Shown: piece by piece, positions 19,128 through 28,480 of the stretch
Layout of the letters: each line of letters opens with the position of its first letter
Numbering within the stretch: position 1 is the stretch's first letter
NCBI GenBank assembly: GCA_965215505.1
Contig: OZ244065.1
Span: forward strand, 2,976,001 to 3,040,000
Reading direction: 5' to 3'
Length of the DNA stretch: 64,000 nucleotides
Source: Capsulimonadaceae bacterium
GTDB taxonomy: Bacteria > Armatimonadota > Armatimonadia > Armatimonadales > Capsulimonadaceae
Notes under the pieces: model-generated
Told to the model about the DNA's origin: nothing
The model's input: the letters and a program-made list of their open reading frames with translations, nothing else
The model's database searches: none
Program-made: the position numbers and the translations under genes

Positions 19128-20981
19128 ATGCTGACCTCGCCGAAACCATCCCTACGCCCCCCCGACCCCCGGCACGCGCCGCCGTCCCGCCAGCAAACCA
19201 AGCGGGCGGCGGCGCAGCGTGCCTGGGGGTTCGGCGTCCTGATCCTCCTGCTGTTCTTCGCCCTGGCCGCCCGGCTCTGGTACTTGCAGGTCGCGCACGG
19301 CGACGACTTTCGCGATGACGCCGCCGCCAACCAGCACCGGCGCATCCCCATGCGCGCCCCGCGCGGCACCATCGTGGACCGCCACGGCGTCCTGCTGGCC
19401 GCCAACCGACCCCGGCTTGCCCTCTACGCCACGCCGGATGTCGCCAAGAACGCCGCCGTGCTGGCGCGGCTCGGCGGCCTGCTGCACGTCGCGCCGGAGG
19501 ACATCCGGCAGACCATCCTGGACACCCAGCAGAACCCCTATGATCCCCTGCGGATCGCGCTGGACGTTCCCATGGCGGTCGTGACCCAGATCGAGGAGAA
19601 CAAGCCGTTCCTGCCCGGCGTCAGCACCCAGCCGGAGCCGGTCCGCTGGTATCCGCAAGGGTCACTGGCCGCGCACCTCCTCGGGACGATGGGGCGGATC
19701 AACACCGACGAGTGGAACGCGCACAAAGGGCAGGGGTACTTCACCGACGACTTTTTAGGCAAATCCGGGGTCGAGGCGGCCTACGAGCCGTATCTGCGCG
19801 GGGCACCGGGCGGGACGGATGTCCAAATAGACGCGCACGGCCGCACCCTGCACACTTTGGACACGCAGGACGCTGCGCCCGGCGGCACACTGACCTTGAC
19901 CCTGGACGCGCCGACGCAGGCGGCGGGGGAGCGCGTCTTTAAAGAGCATGACTTCGTCGGGGCCGCCGTCGCCCTGGACCCGCGCACCGGGGCCGTGCTG
20001 GCGATGGTGTCCGCGCCCACCTTCGACCCGGACAAGTTTGCGACCGGCATCACGGCGAAGGACTGGGACCCGCTCAACAAGGGCGTTTCGCACCCGCTAC
20101 TGAACCGCGCCATCAAGGCGATGTATCCGCCCGGCTCCACCTTCAAGCCGGTCGTCGCGGCGGCGGGCTGGGAAACCGGCGTGATCACCGCGAGTAGCGG
20201 CGTCTACTGCCCCGGCTCGTACCACCTGGGCCGGGCGCGCTTCGGGTGCTGGGAGACGCACGGCGCGACCGACTTCACCAAGGCCATCGCCGAGTCGTGC
20301 GACGTCTTCTTTTACGTCTACGGCCAGAAGATCGGGGCGGACCGGCTCTCGTACTACTCCAAGCAGTTCGGCCTGGCCGAGAAGACGGGGATCGACCTGG
20401 GCGGCGAGGACATCGGCTCGATCCCCTCCCCCGCCTGGAAGTTGAAGCATTTCCACAAGCTGGGTCCGGCCTTTGACACCTGGTTCGGCGGCGACACGCT
20501 GCACATGTCCATCGGGCAGGGGGACGTGCTGACGACGCCCCTACAACTGGCGCGCGTGGCGGCGACTTTCGCCAACGGCGGGAACGTCCTGAAGCCCTAC
20601 GTCGTTGCAAAAGTGACGGGGGGACGGCAGCCTTACCGGAGTGCGCCGACGGTCATCCGGCACGTCCCGATCAGCCGGCTCAACATGGAGCGCGTCCGCC
20701 GGGCGATGCGCGTCACGGTGACGAACGGGACCGGCAAAGTGGTCAATTTCCGCGAGGTCGAGGTCGCCGCCAAGACCGGCTCGGCGCAGACGCACGGGGC
20801 GGCCAAGACGCACGGCCTGTTCATCTGCTTCGCCCCGTATGACCACCCGACCATCGCCATCGCCGCCATCGTCGAACACGGCGGGCACGGCGGCGACACA
20901 GCGGGCAAGGTCGCCCGCGCCATGCTGCGAGCCTACTTCCACCTCAAGGAGACGGGGGAGACGGCGGCCCGGAGCGATTAG
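19128..20981 (+). CDS. mrdA: Penicillin-binding protein 2
   Basis: APRGTIVDR, YPPGSTFK, SCDVFFY, KTGSAQ. Confidence 0.9.
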   Translation: MLTSPKPSLRPPDPRHAPPSRQQTKRAAAQRAWGFGVLILLLFFALAARLWYLQVAHGDDFRDDAAANQHRRIPMRAPRGTIVDRHGVLLAANRPRLALYATPDVAKNAAVLARLGGLLHVAPEDIRQTILDTQQNPYDPLRIALDVPMAVVTQIEENKPFLPGVSTQPEPVRWYPQGSLAAHLLGTMGRINTDEWNAHKGQGYFTDDFLGKSGVEAAYEPYLRGAPGGTDVQIDAHGRTLHTLDTQDAAPGGTLTLTLDAPTQAAGERVFKEHDFVGAAVALDPRTGAVLAMVSAPTFDPDKFATGITAKDWDPLNKGVSHPLLNRAIKAMYPPGSTFKPVVAAAGWETGVITASSGVYCPGSYHLGRARFGCWETHGATDFTKAIAESCDVFFYVYGQKIGADRLSYYSKQFGLAEKTGIDLGGEDIGSIPSPAWKLKHFHKLGPAFDTWFGGDTLHMSIGQGDVLTTPLQLARVAATFANGGNVLKPYVVAKVTGGRQPYRSAPTVIRHVPISRLNMERVRRAMRVTVTNGTGKVVNFREVEVAAKTGSAQTHGAAKTHGLFICFAPYDHPTIAIAAIVEHGGHGGDTAGKVARAMLRAYFHLKETGETAARSD

Positions 20982-21039
20982 GACTGGACGATCAGAACCG
21001 AGCGATCAAACTGAACCGACGGACTTAGGGAATCCTATC

Positions 21040-21735
21040 ATGCTTTACGAGCTTCGTCACTACGACACCCACAGCAGCCGCGGCCTGGACCAAGTCATCG
21101 GCCGCTTCGGCGAACACATCCTGCGGATCTGGGCGCGGATCGGCATTGAGCCGGTCGGCTTCTGGAGTGTCCTGGTCGGCAGTCCCAGCCCCCGGCTGAC
21201 CTACATCCTGGCGTGGGAGGATCTCGCACAGCGCCAGGAACTCTGGGGGGCTTTCGAGGCGGACCCGGAGTGGCGTCTGGTCCGGCGCGAAACCAATGCC
21301 GCCTGGGGCGGCAGCCCGATCCACACCATCACCAGCACGATCCTCCAGCCAACCGCCTTCTCCCGCGTGCCGCGCCACGACAACCAGCCGCGCCGGGTGG
21401 CGGGCGGCGTCTTCGAGCTGCGGACCTACCGCTTCGACGACATGGCGAAACTGACGCAGACTGTGGACTGGTTCGGGGCGCAGGCCGCGCCCGCCTTCGA
21501 GACGCACGGCCTGTTCGCGATGGGCTTCTGGACCACCTACATCGGCGTCTCGCCGCGCCTCACCTACATGCTCGTCTTCGAGAACCTCGCCCACCGCGAG
21601 CGCGCCTGGGCCTCGTTCTACACCGACCCGGACTGGCCCGCCCGCCAGGACGGCCTCTACCCGGACGGCAAGCCGCTGGTCGCGGGCATAGACAGCGTGG
21701 TGATGAAGGGGACGGAGTTCTCGGGGTGGAAGTAG
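21040..21735 (+). CDS. NIPSNAP family protein (two domains)
   Basis: YELRHY/FELRTY...RERAWASFYTDPDW repeated twice. Confidence 0.85.
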   Translation: MLYELRHYDTHSSRGLDQVIGRFGEHILRIWARIGIEPVGFWSVLVGSPSPRLTYILAWEDLAQRQELWGAFEADPEWRLVRRETNAAWGGSPIHTITSTILQPTAFSRVPRHDNQPRRVAGGVFELRTYRFDDMAKLTQTVDWFGAQAAPAFETHGLFAMGFWTTYIGVSPRLTYMLVFENLAHRERAWASFYTDPDWPARQDGLYPDGKPLVAGIDSVVMKGTEFSGWK

Positions 21736-21738
21736 AAG

Positions 21739-22014
21739 CCACGGGTTGAAAGCCGAGGCTCCGAAAGGCCCACCGTCCAGGGACGTTAAGACAGGGACAC
21801 AGGACAGAAGCGGAGGCAGGACAGAAGCGGAGGCAGGACAGAAGCGGAGGCAGGACAGAAGCGGAGGCAGGACAGAAGCGGAGGCAGGACAGAAGCGGAG
21901 GGCGGGGTCCCCCGCCCCTACGCAATTATGTCCTGCCTCTCTCACGTCCTCTGGATTGTACTGGCAGCCCCAGAAGACGCTGGGGACTTCGGTGCCTCGG
22001 GTTTCAACCCGTGG
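21739..22014. repeat. REPIN-like element, family B (copy 1) with 6x17-bp array and nested GTAG REP
   Basis: CCACGGGTTGAAA...TTTCAACCCGTGG ends; (CAGGACAGAAGCGGAGG)x6 at 21800-21901; REP at 21900-21921. Confidence 0.87.
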
Positions 22015-22036
22015 TCGTCTCCGTTGACTTCGGCGG

Positions 22037-22258
22037 CTAATTCTCCTGCGGCCTGTCGGCATTGCGCCACTCTCGGCCCAGGCGCACCGCCTCATCGAAC
22101 GTGGGATCATCGGCAAAGATGCCCGCCCACCGTTCCAGGAAGTCAGGAGCGGTTCTCCCGGAAACTGCGCCCTGATGCCCCGCGACCAGCATCCGCAGGC
22201 GGCGTACTTCCTCTTCCAGCGCGGCCAGGCGGCTTTCCAAATCTTGCATCCCGTCCAT
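22037..22258 (-). CDS. Small antitoxin-like protein
   Basis: LESRLAALEEEV coil followed by WAGIFADDPTFDEAVRLGREWR. Confidence 0.6.
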   Translation of the reverse strand: MDGMQDLESRLAALEEEVRRLRMLVAGHQGAVSGRTAPDFLERWAGIFADDPTFDEAVRLGREWRNADRPQEN

Positions 22259-22396
22259 CCTCTCACCCCTCATCCCGCCCCAGTCTCAGCAAGCCCCCTA
22301 CCGTGCGGTGCGCCTCGCTCAACTTTGGTCCGGCCATGCCGGGTTGCAGCGGGTTGCAGCGGTCAGGGGCGAGCGCCGTCAAGGGAGAGGATAGTC

Positions 22397-23020
22397 TCAG
22401 GCCGCCAGCCACTCCGCCGCCGCCTGCGCTTCCTCGCGGGTCAGGCCGTGTCCGCCCGGCTGCCAGTGGGTCGTCACGTCCGCGCCCGAGTCGCGCAGCA
22501 GTGCGGCCAGCCGCTCCGTCTCGGCGGGCGTCGCCATGGGGTCCGTCCGGCCCGCGCCGAGGAAGACGCGCATTCGGGCGAGGTCCGGGAGGCTTTCGGG
22601 GACAAGCGGAACCATCGCGTGGAGCAGCACGGCGGCCTTTAGAACGTCGGGGCGCAGCAGGAGCAGGGCGGCGGCGATGTTCGCGCCGTTGGAAAAGCCG
22701 ACGGCGGTGACGCGGCCCGCGTCGAAGCCGTAGGCGTCTGCGGCGGACTGGATGAGATCGGCCAGTTCGTGCGTCCGCGCGATCAGGTCGGGGATGTCGA
22801 AGACGCCTTCGGACAGGCGGCGGAAGAAGCGGGGCATCCCGTTCTCGGACACTTTGCCGCGCGGACTGAGCAAGTTGGCGGTGGGGGCAAACAGCCGCCC
22901 CAGCGGGAGAAGGTCGTTCTCATCCCCACCCGTGCCGTGCAGCAGGAGGAGCGTGTCGGCGGTCGCTGGGGACGGCGCGGGGATGAAGCGGTGGATGAAG
23001 CCGAGTTCGTTTGCCTGCAT
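22397..23020 (-). CDS. Phospholipase/carboxylesterase (MhqD-like)
   Basis: LLLHGTGGDE, PRFFRR, GFSNGANIA. Confidence 0.88.
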   Translation of the reverse strand: MQANELGFIHRFIPAPSPATADTLLLLHGTGGDENDLLPLGRLFAPTANLLSPRGKVSENGMPRFFRRLSEGVFDIPDLIARTHELADLIQSAADAYGFDAGRVTAVGFSNGANIAAALLLLRPDVLKAAVLLHAMVPLVPESLPDLARMRVFLGAGRTDPMATPAETERLAALLRDSGADVTTHWQPGGHGLTREEAQAAAEWLAA

Positions 23021-23096
23021 GATCGTCTCCTCTTTCTGTTGTCCCTCTTGCCGTCGCCGCCCGCGTGTGTTACAATGCCGACCAGGAGGCAACCTC

Positions 23097-24407
23097 ATGC
23101 CCATCGTAAACCGCCCCATCATCACACGCCGCGCCCTCGGGGCTGCACTGGTTCTCGCGCTCTGCCTCGTGTCCGGCACTAGGGCAGGGGCGGACCCACT
23201 GCGCGTCCCGGCCTATACCGCCTACCTCCAGCCGGACCCGGAGCCGGAGGGCATGGACGTCTCGCCCCCGGCGGGCGTCACCGGCTGGAAGGACGGCAAA
23301 GTCTCGCTCGTCTGGCACGGCGAGCTGAAGGCGGCGGGGCGGCTAACCCCGTCCGTCTCGCTGCGCCTGCCGCCGGGCGACCGGAGCGTGCTGCGGCTCA
23401 CCGTGGCGGGCCAGTCCCGGACGGCGACGGCGATTGGCGGCCCACAGCCGGTCGTCGTGGCCTTCGGGCCGGTTTCGGTCGCCGCGCCCGGCCCCATCGC
23501 CATCACGCTCGCAGGGCTGTCCAAGACCGGGCCGGGGTTTGGCGACGTTGACGGGCTGCTGCTCGGCGGCCCCGCCGCCTTGGACGCCCATTTCAGCCAG
23601 GCCGAGACGCGCGGTGCGCCGTCTGTGCATTTGTGGTACACGACGCCCAAAGGGGCGCAGATCACCGCGTTCATGAACGAAGTCACGGTGCGGGAAAGTC
23701 CGCTGTGGTCGTACTTCATGGCCTGCGGGTTTGCGCGCGGCTACTTCGGCATCCAGGTCAACAGCCCCACCGAGCGGCGGATCATCTTCTCCGTGTGGGA
23801 CTCGGGCAAGGAGCCGACGGACCGGAGCAAGGTCGCGGATGACGACCGCGTCCGGCTGATCGCCAAAGGGCCGGGCGTCTTCAGCGACAGCTTCGGCAAC
23901 GAGGGGACGGGCGGGCACAGCCACCTGGTCTACCCGTGGAAGACGGGGCAGACCTACCGGTTCCTGGTTTCGGCCCAGCCGGACGGCACGGGGACCATCT
24001 ACAGCGGCTACTTCTACTTCCCCGACCGCAAGGCCTGGGGCCTGATCGCCAGCTTCCGCGCCCCGAAGGACGGGGGCTATCTACACGGTCTGTACTCCTT
24101 CAATGAGGACTTCAACGGCGCGAACGGGTTCGAGCGGCGGCGGGCCGAGTTCGGGCCGCAGTGGATCAAGGCGGCGGACGGGCAGTGGGCCGAGCTGCGG
24201 ACCGCGCGCTTCACGCACACCAAGGACGGCGTGAAGGAGCGGGTGGACCGCGCCGCCGGGGTCGTCGGCGGCCGGTTCTTCCTATCCAATGGCGGCTTCG
24301 TGCCTGTGGAGGCCATCAGGTACGGGGACGAGTTCACCCGCCGAGCATCGGGAAAACAACCCGAGATCGTGCTGCCGCCACAGCCTACCCCCGCTCCGGC
24401 ACCGTGA
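23097..24407 (+). CDS. Secreted DUF5077/DUF3472-domain protein
   Basis: Signal peptide; SVHLWY, YFMACGFARGYFGIQVNSPTERRIIFSVW, FGNEGTGGHS. Confidence 0.8.
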   Translation: MPIVNRPIITRRALGAALVLALCLVSGTRAGADPLRVPAYTAYLQPDPEPEGMDVSPPAGVTGWKDGKVSLVWHGELKAAGRLTPSVSLRLPPGDRSVLRLTVAGQSRTATAIGGPQPVVVAFGPVSVAAPGPIAITLAGLSKTGPGFGDVDGLLLGGPAALDAHFSQAETRGAPSVHLWYTTPKGAQITAFMNEVTVRESPLWSYFMACGFARGYFGIQVNSPTERRIIFSVWDSGKEPTDRSKVADDDRVRLIAKGPGVFSDSFGNEGTGGHSHLVYPWKTGQTYRFLVSAQPDGTGTIYSGYFYFPDRKAWGLIASFRAPKDGGYLHGLYSFNEDFNGANGFERRRAEFGPQWIKAADGQWAELRTARFTHTKDGVKERVDRAAGVVGGRFFLSNGGFVPVEAIRYGDEFTRRASGKQPEIVLPPQPTPAPAP

Positions 24408-25323
24408 TCGGCGGCAGGCCGGCTTCGATCCGGGCGCGGTCCGCCTCGTATTGGGTGGGGAGCTTCAAATGCGTACCCAATGTCTCCGGCGACTCGTCGG
24501 TGGCGAAGCCGGGCGAGTCGGTGGCGATCTCGAACAGGATGCCGCCCGGCTCGCGGAAGTAGATCGAGTGGAAGTAGTCGCGGTCCATGACGGGGCTGAC
24601 GCCAAGCCCCAGGCCCGAAATCTCGCGCAGCCACTCCCCCTGCCGGGCATCGTCGGGCGTCCGCCAGGCGACGTGGTGGATGTTGCCGACGGCGATCTGG
24701 CCGGGCGCGAGGCTCGGCGCGGCCTGCACGTCGGCGAAGGTGCCGTCGGCCAGCGCGTAGCGGGTCCAGTCGCCTTCGGTCTGGGCCGCCTCAAACCCCA
24801 GGGTGCCGGTCATCAGGGCCGCCGTCCGGCCTGGAGACCGCTCCGGCAGTGTGACGGCGCGCACGCCGCGAATGGCATGGGGGCTGGGGACGGGGCCGTC
24901 GGTCCAGCCGGGGCGGGCGTCGTCCGCCGCCGGAACCAGCTCCAGCCGCAGGCCGTCCGGGTCATGGAAAGGCAGGGCCGTCTCGCCGAAGCGCGTCTCG
25001 GCCTCGCCCATCGTCACCCCATGAGCCGCCAGTCGGTCCCGCCAGAAGTCCAGAGCGTCGGGCGCGACGGAGAGCGAGATCGCCGCCACCTGTCCCAGAC
25101 CAAGCCGCCCCCGGCGGCCCCCCGGCCAGGCGAAGAAGGTCAACAGGGTGCCGGGGCTGCCCAGGGCGTCCCCGTAGTAGAAGTGGTACGAGCCGGGGTC
25201 GTCGAAGTTGACGGTCTGCTTGACCAGACGCAGGCCAAGGACGCCGGCGTAGAAATCAACATTCTCCTGCGGGTCACTCGCGATGGCGGTGACGTGGTGG
25301 ATGCCGGTCAGCGGGGCGGTCAT
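24385..25323 (-). CDS. Ring-cleaving dioxygenase (MhqO/VOC family)
   Basis: GIHHVTAIA, VKQTVNFDDP, IHHVAWR, DRDYFHSIYFREPGGILFEIATD. Confidence 0.92.
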   Translation of the reverse strand: MTAPLTGIHHVTAIASDPQENVDFYAGVLGLRLVKQTVNFDDPGSYHFYYGDALGSPGTLLTFFAWPGGRRGRLGLGQVAAISLSVAPDALDFWRDRLAAHGVTMGEAETRFGETALPFHDPDGLRLELVPAADDARPGWTDGPVPSPHAIRGVRAVTLPERSPGRTAALMTGTLGFEAAQTEGDWTRYALADGTFADVQAAPSLAPGQIAVGNIHHVAWRTPDDARQGEWLREISGLGLGVSPVMDRDYFHSIYFREPGGILFEIATDSPGFATDESPETLGTHLKLPTQYEADRARIEAGLPPITVPERG

Positions 25324-25355
25324 GGGGAACTCCTATGCTAAGAAGGGCGCGGTGC

Positions 25356-26048
25356 CTACATCGGCGGGACGAGGCCGTTCTTGCCGACCAGGACGCGGTC
25401 GGCGGTGACGACGCCTCCGGGCATGCGGTGGCCGATGATAAAAACGTGCGCGCCGGGCGTGAGCTGCGACACCGCGCCGGGGGCGAACGTCACGACCGGG
25501 ATGTTAGCCGGAAGTGTGATGTTCTGCGAGCCGACCCCGGTGTCACTCTTGTACTGAAGTGTCAGTGCCGAACCGCCTGTCTTGTGCGCGGTGCCGTTGG
25601 TCATGCGCGAGCCGTGCGCCGTACCGTTGGTCATCATCGAGCGGGAGACGGTCCCGTTCGTCATCCTGGAATGCCCTCCGGAGTCGGGCAGGTCCCAGGG
25701 GTAACTGCCTTCGCCCGAGCCGCGTCCAGCTTCCGGGAAGACGACGACCTCCACCGCCCGCTGCGTGCCGCCGGCCTGCGGCCGGGAGGCGATGCCGAGG
25801 AAAGCGCCGTCCTTGATGTGCGCGCGGTCGGACGGGACGACGCTGATGACAAGGGGGAGCGTCGGGAGCTGGGCCTTGACCGGGCCGGAGGCCGATCTGA
25901 GGGTCAGCATCCCGCCGCGGACGGCCGTGATGGTGCCGCGAACATGGATGGACGGGGGGGGCGGCGGGGGCACGGTCTGAGCGGCGGCCCCGGCGGCAAG
26001 AGCGCCGACGGCGAGCAGAGACACAAAGCGGTGAGGGTAGGAAAACAC
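25356..26048 (-). CDS. Secreted hypothetical protein (DUF5666-like OB repeats)
   Basis: Signal peptide; VRGTI, GEGSYPWDL, MTNGT x3. Confidence 0.65.
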   Translation of the reverse strand: MFSYPHRFVSLLAVGALAAGAAAQTVPPPPPPSIHVRGTITAVRGGMLTLRSASGPVKAQLPTLPLVISVVPSDRAHIKDGAFLGIASRPQAGGTQRAVEVVVFPEAGRGSGEGSYPWDLPDSGGHSRMTNGTVSRSMMTNGTAHGSRMTNGTAHKTGGSALTLQYKSDTGVGSQNITLPANIPVVTFAPGAVSQLTPGAHVFIIGHRMPGGVVTADRVLVGKNGLVPPM

Positions 26049-26081
26049 GGTTAAGCCTTTCAGTGGTAACGACGTGAGATG

Positions 26082-26708
26082 TTACTTCGTCGCCGTTTCT
26101 TTGGCCGCCTTCAGCGCCTTCGCCACCTGCGCGACGCGGCGGCCCTGGTAGCGGGCGACTTCCAGGTCGTTTTCGGTCGGCGGCGCGTTGTTCTGGCCGG
26201 AGATCGAGGTCGCGCCGTAGGGGGTGCCCGCCTGGAACATGATCGGGTCGCCGTAGCCGAGCGGGACGATAATCATGCCCAAATGTGCCATGAAGTTGAA
26301 CATGGTGAGCGGCGTACTCTCGTTGCCGCCGTGCTGGGAGCCGGTGGAGGCGAACGCGCTGCCGACCTTGCCGACCAGCTTGCCCTGGAACCACAGGCCG
26401 CCCAGGCTGTCCACATAGGCCTTTAGCTCGGATGAGACGTTGCCGAAGCGCGTCGGGGTGCCGAAGATGATGGCGTCGGCGGCCTCGGCGTCGGCGGCGT
26501 TCGGGGCCTGATACTCGGCGTTCATACGGTCGGCGTTCTCGACCCAGCCCTCGGCATGAGCCATGACCTCGCGGCTGACGACCTCCCGAGCGCGGCGCAG
26601 GATGACGGCCGCGCCCTCGGCCTGCGCGCCCTCGGCGATGGCTTTAGCAAGCGCCTCGGTCGAGCCGTTGCGCGAGTAGAAGGCGATCAAAATCTTGACG
26701 GGGTCCAT
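26082..26708 (-). CDS. wrbA: NAD(P)H:quinone oxidoreductase WrbA
   Basis: FYSRNGSTEALA, FGTPTRFGN, QHGGNEST, GTPYGA. Confidence 0.92.
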   Translation of the reverse strand: MDPVKILIAFYSRNGSTEALAKAIAEGAQAEGAAVILRRAREVVSREVMAHAEGWVENADRMNAEYQAPNAADAEAADAIIFGTPTRFGNVSSELKAYVDSLGGLWFQGKLVGKVGSAFASTGSQHGGNESTPLTMFNFMAHLGMIIVPLGYGDPIMFQAGTPYGATSISGQNNAPPTENDLEVARYQGRRVAQVAKALKAAKETATK

Positions 26709-26760
26709 GAGCGGTTCCTTTCGGTTCGTAAGACTTTCGGTTCGTGAGAAGTGGGAGCGT

Positions 26761-27225
26761 TCAGCGCAGCGAAGCGGCGGGGACAGATCGCGCCTCGGGA
26801 GCCTGCGCCCGGCGACCGAACAGCAGATAGTCAAGCGAGAGGACTCCCGGCCCGGTCAACAGCATCAGCATCGCGACGGCGAGATAGCCCAGGGCGGACT
26901 CGTAGGACGGGCCGTGCGGGCTGACGAACGGGTGGCCACTCTTGAAGTGGACCGTCACAAGCGCGGTCAGCATGGTGGCGGCGACGCCCAGGGCGGCGAT
27001 GGGAGCCAGCAGACCCGTCAGGAAGGCCAGACCGCCGAAGAACTCCGAGAAGGCCGCCAGGAACTGGAAGGCGGCGGGGACGGGTGCCCCCGGCCCCATC
27101 CAGCCCGTCGCGTGCTGGATTTTCGGCCAGCCGTGTAAGATCAGAGCGGAACCCATAACCAGACGCAGGATCAGAAGACCGACCGCGCCGCGCCCGCCAA
27201 CGAACTGTCCGAAGAGCCGATGCAT
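26761..27225 (-). CDS. DoxX family membrane protein
   Basis: LLILRLVMG..HGWPK, EFFGG, GPGVLSLD. Confidence 0.88.
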   Translation of the reverse strand: MHRLFGQFVGGRGAVGLLILRLVMGSALILHGWPKIQHATGWMGPGAPVPAAFQFLAAFSEFFGGLAFLTGLLAPIAALGVAATMLTALVTVHFKSGHPFVSPHGPSYESALGYLAVAMLMLLTGPGVLSLDYLLFGRRAQAPEARSVPAASLR

Positions 27226-27342
27226 AAACCTCTCCCGCTAAGGTATAATTTGTGGCGCGCTCCGTTTTTTATTGCGCCTGACTATGGAACGGCATGGCAG
27301 GGAAAATAGTTCCTAGTACGGATGAGTTTCGAGGAGACACCC

Positions 27343-27741
27343 ATGGACCACCATGTACACGACCCGGAGATATTCTGCCCGGCGAACGCCGCACTTAACC
27401 TTCTGAGCGAGCGCTGGACGCTGCACATCGTCCGCTCGCTCCTGGGGCGCAAGAAACGCTTCAACGAGATCGCCCGCGAGATCGGGCTGAACCCCGCCAC
27501 CCTGCGCGAGCGCCTGCGCGCCCTGGAGGAAGAGAACGTGGTCACGCGGACCGTCCTGAGCGTGATGCCGCCGCACGTCGAGTACGAGCTGACGCCCAAA
27601 GGCCAGGCGCTCAACGGCATCTTCGAGGCGCTGGCGGACTGGGCGCGGACCTGGATGAAGCCGAAGGGGGCGGAACTGGTGGACCCGCCGCAGGATGACG
27701 CCGCCGACTTGGCGGATGTAAGCCTGTCCGTCCGCGGCTAA
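27343..27741 (+). CDS. HxlR-family winged-helix regulator
   Basis: CPANAALNLLSERW, RFNEI, VEYELTPKG; divergent from doxX-wrbA. Confidence 0.9.
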   Translation: MDHHVHDPEIFCPANAALNLLSERWTLHIVRSLLGRKKRFNEIAREIGLNPATLRERLRALEEENVVTRTVLSVMPPHVEYELTPKGQALNGIFEALADWARTWMKPKGAELVDPPQDDAADLADVSLSVRG

Positions 27742-27755
27742 CGGTGCATCGGCGG

Positions 27756-28478
27756 CTAGTGGGCGGCGAAGGTGCAGGCCAGGCCGGGGGCCAGCGCGTC
27801 GGGGGGCTGGGCCGTGCCCGGTGGGCCGGTACTCACCGCCGAGGGCCGCAGCCAGCGGACGTGGCCGTCGGCCAGCAGGAAGTTCCGCCCGCCGTCGTGC
27901 CGGTTCGCCAGCGGGCTGTCCACGCTCAGGAACCGGTTCGCCATCCCCGACTCGCTTTCGTCGGGGTCGTTCAGGCGGGCCGGCTGGGCCGTAAACCCGC
28001 CCGTCACCTCCGTCACCAGGACGGTCGCGGCGGGCGCAGTCAGGCCGGACAGCGGCAGGCCACCGGGCGTCTGGCTCGCGCTCAGGTTGACATTGAAGAA
28101 GTAGGTCAGCGGGAAGAACGTCTCGCCCCCCACCGTCCGGGCCGCGCCGCCGTCCGTCGGGCAGACAAACACGCGCGGCGCGCGGGCGTAGACGTTGCCC
28201 GCCCCCGCCCAGCCCGCCGCATCGTCGCCGGTGACCGGGTCCGGGATGGGGAGCGAGTGGCCGGGCATCAGCTTCTCATCATTGTCCCCGGCGTAAAGCG
28301 TCACCGCCAGCCCGATCTGTTTCAGGTTCGCCGCGCACGCCGTCCGGTAGGCCCGCTTCCGCGCCGACAGGAAGACGGGGAAGAGGATGGCGGCCAGCAC
28401 CGCGATGATCGCGATGACGACGAGCAGCTCGATCAGTGTGAACCCCCGGAAAGGGCCAGATTGTTTGGAGCGCTTCAT
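27756..28478 (-). CDS. Prepilin-type N-terminal / DUF1559 H-X9-DG protein
   Basis: [40 protein letters not shown]. Confidence 0.9.
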   Translation of the reverse strand: MKRSKQSGPFRGFTLIELLVVIAIIAVLAAILFPVFLSARKRAYRTACAANLKQIGLAVTLYAGDNDEKLMPGHSLPIPDPVTGDDAAGWAGAGNVYARAPRVFVCPTDGGAARTVGGETFFPLTYFFNVNLSASQTPGGLPLSGLTAPAATVLVTEVTGGFTAQPARLNDPDESESGMANRFLSVDSPLANRHDGGRNFLLADGHVRWLRPSAVSTGPPGTAQPPDALAPGLACTFAAH

Positions 28479-28480
28479 GG

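Noticed and set aside
21800-21901. Direct repeats as a CRISPR array (also 47307, 57580, 60698)
   Set aside because: Units are 14-19 bp, head-to-tail with no unique spacers, and there are no cas genes
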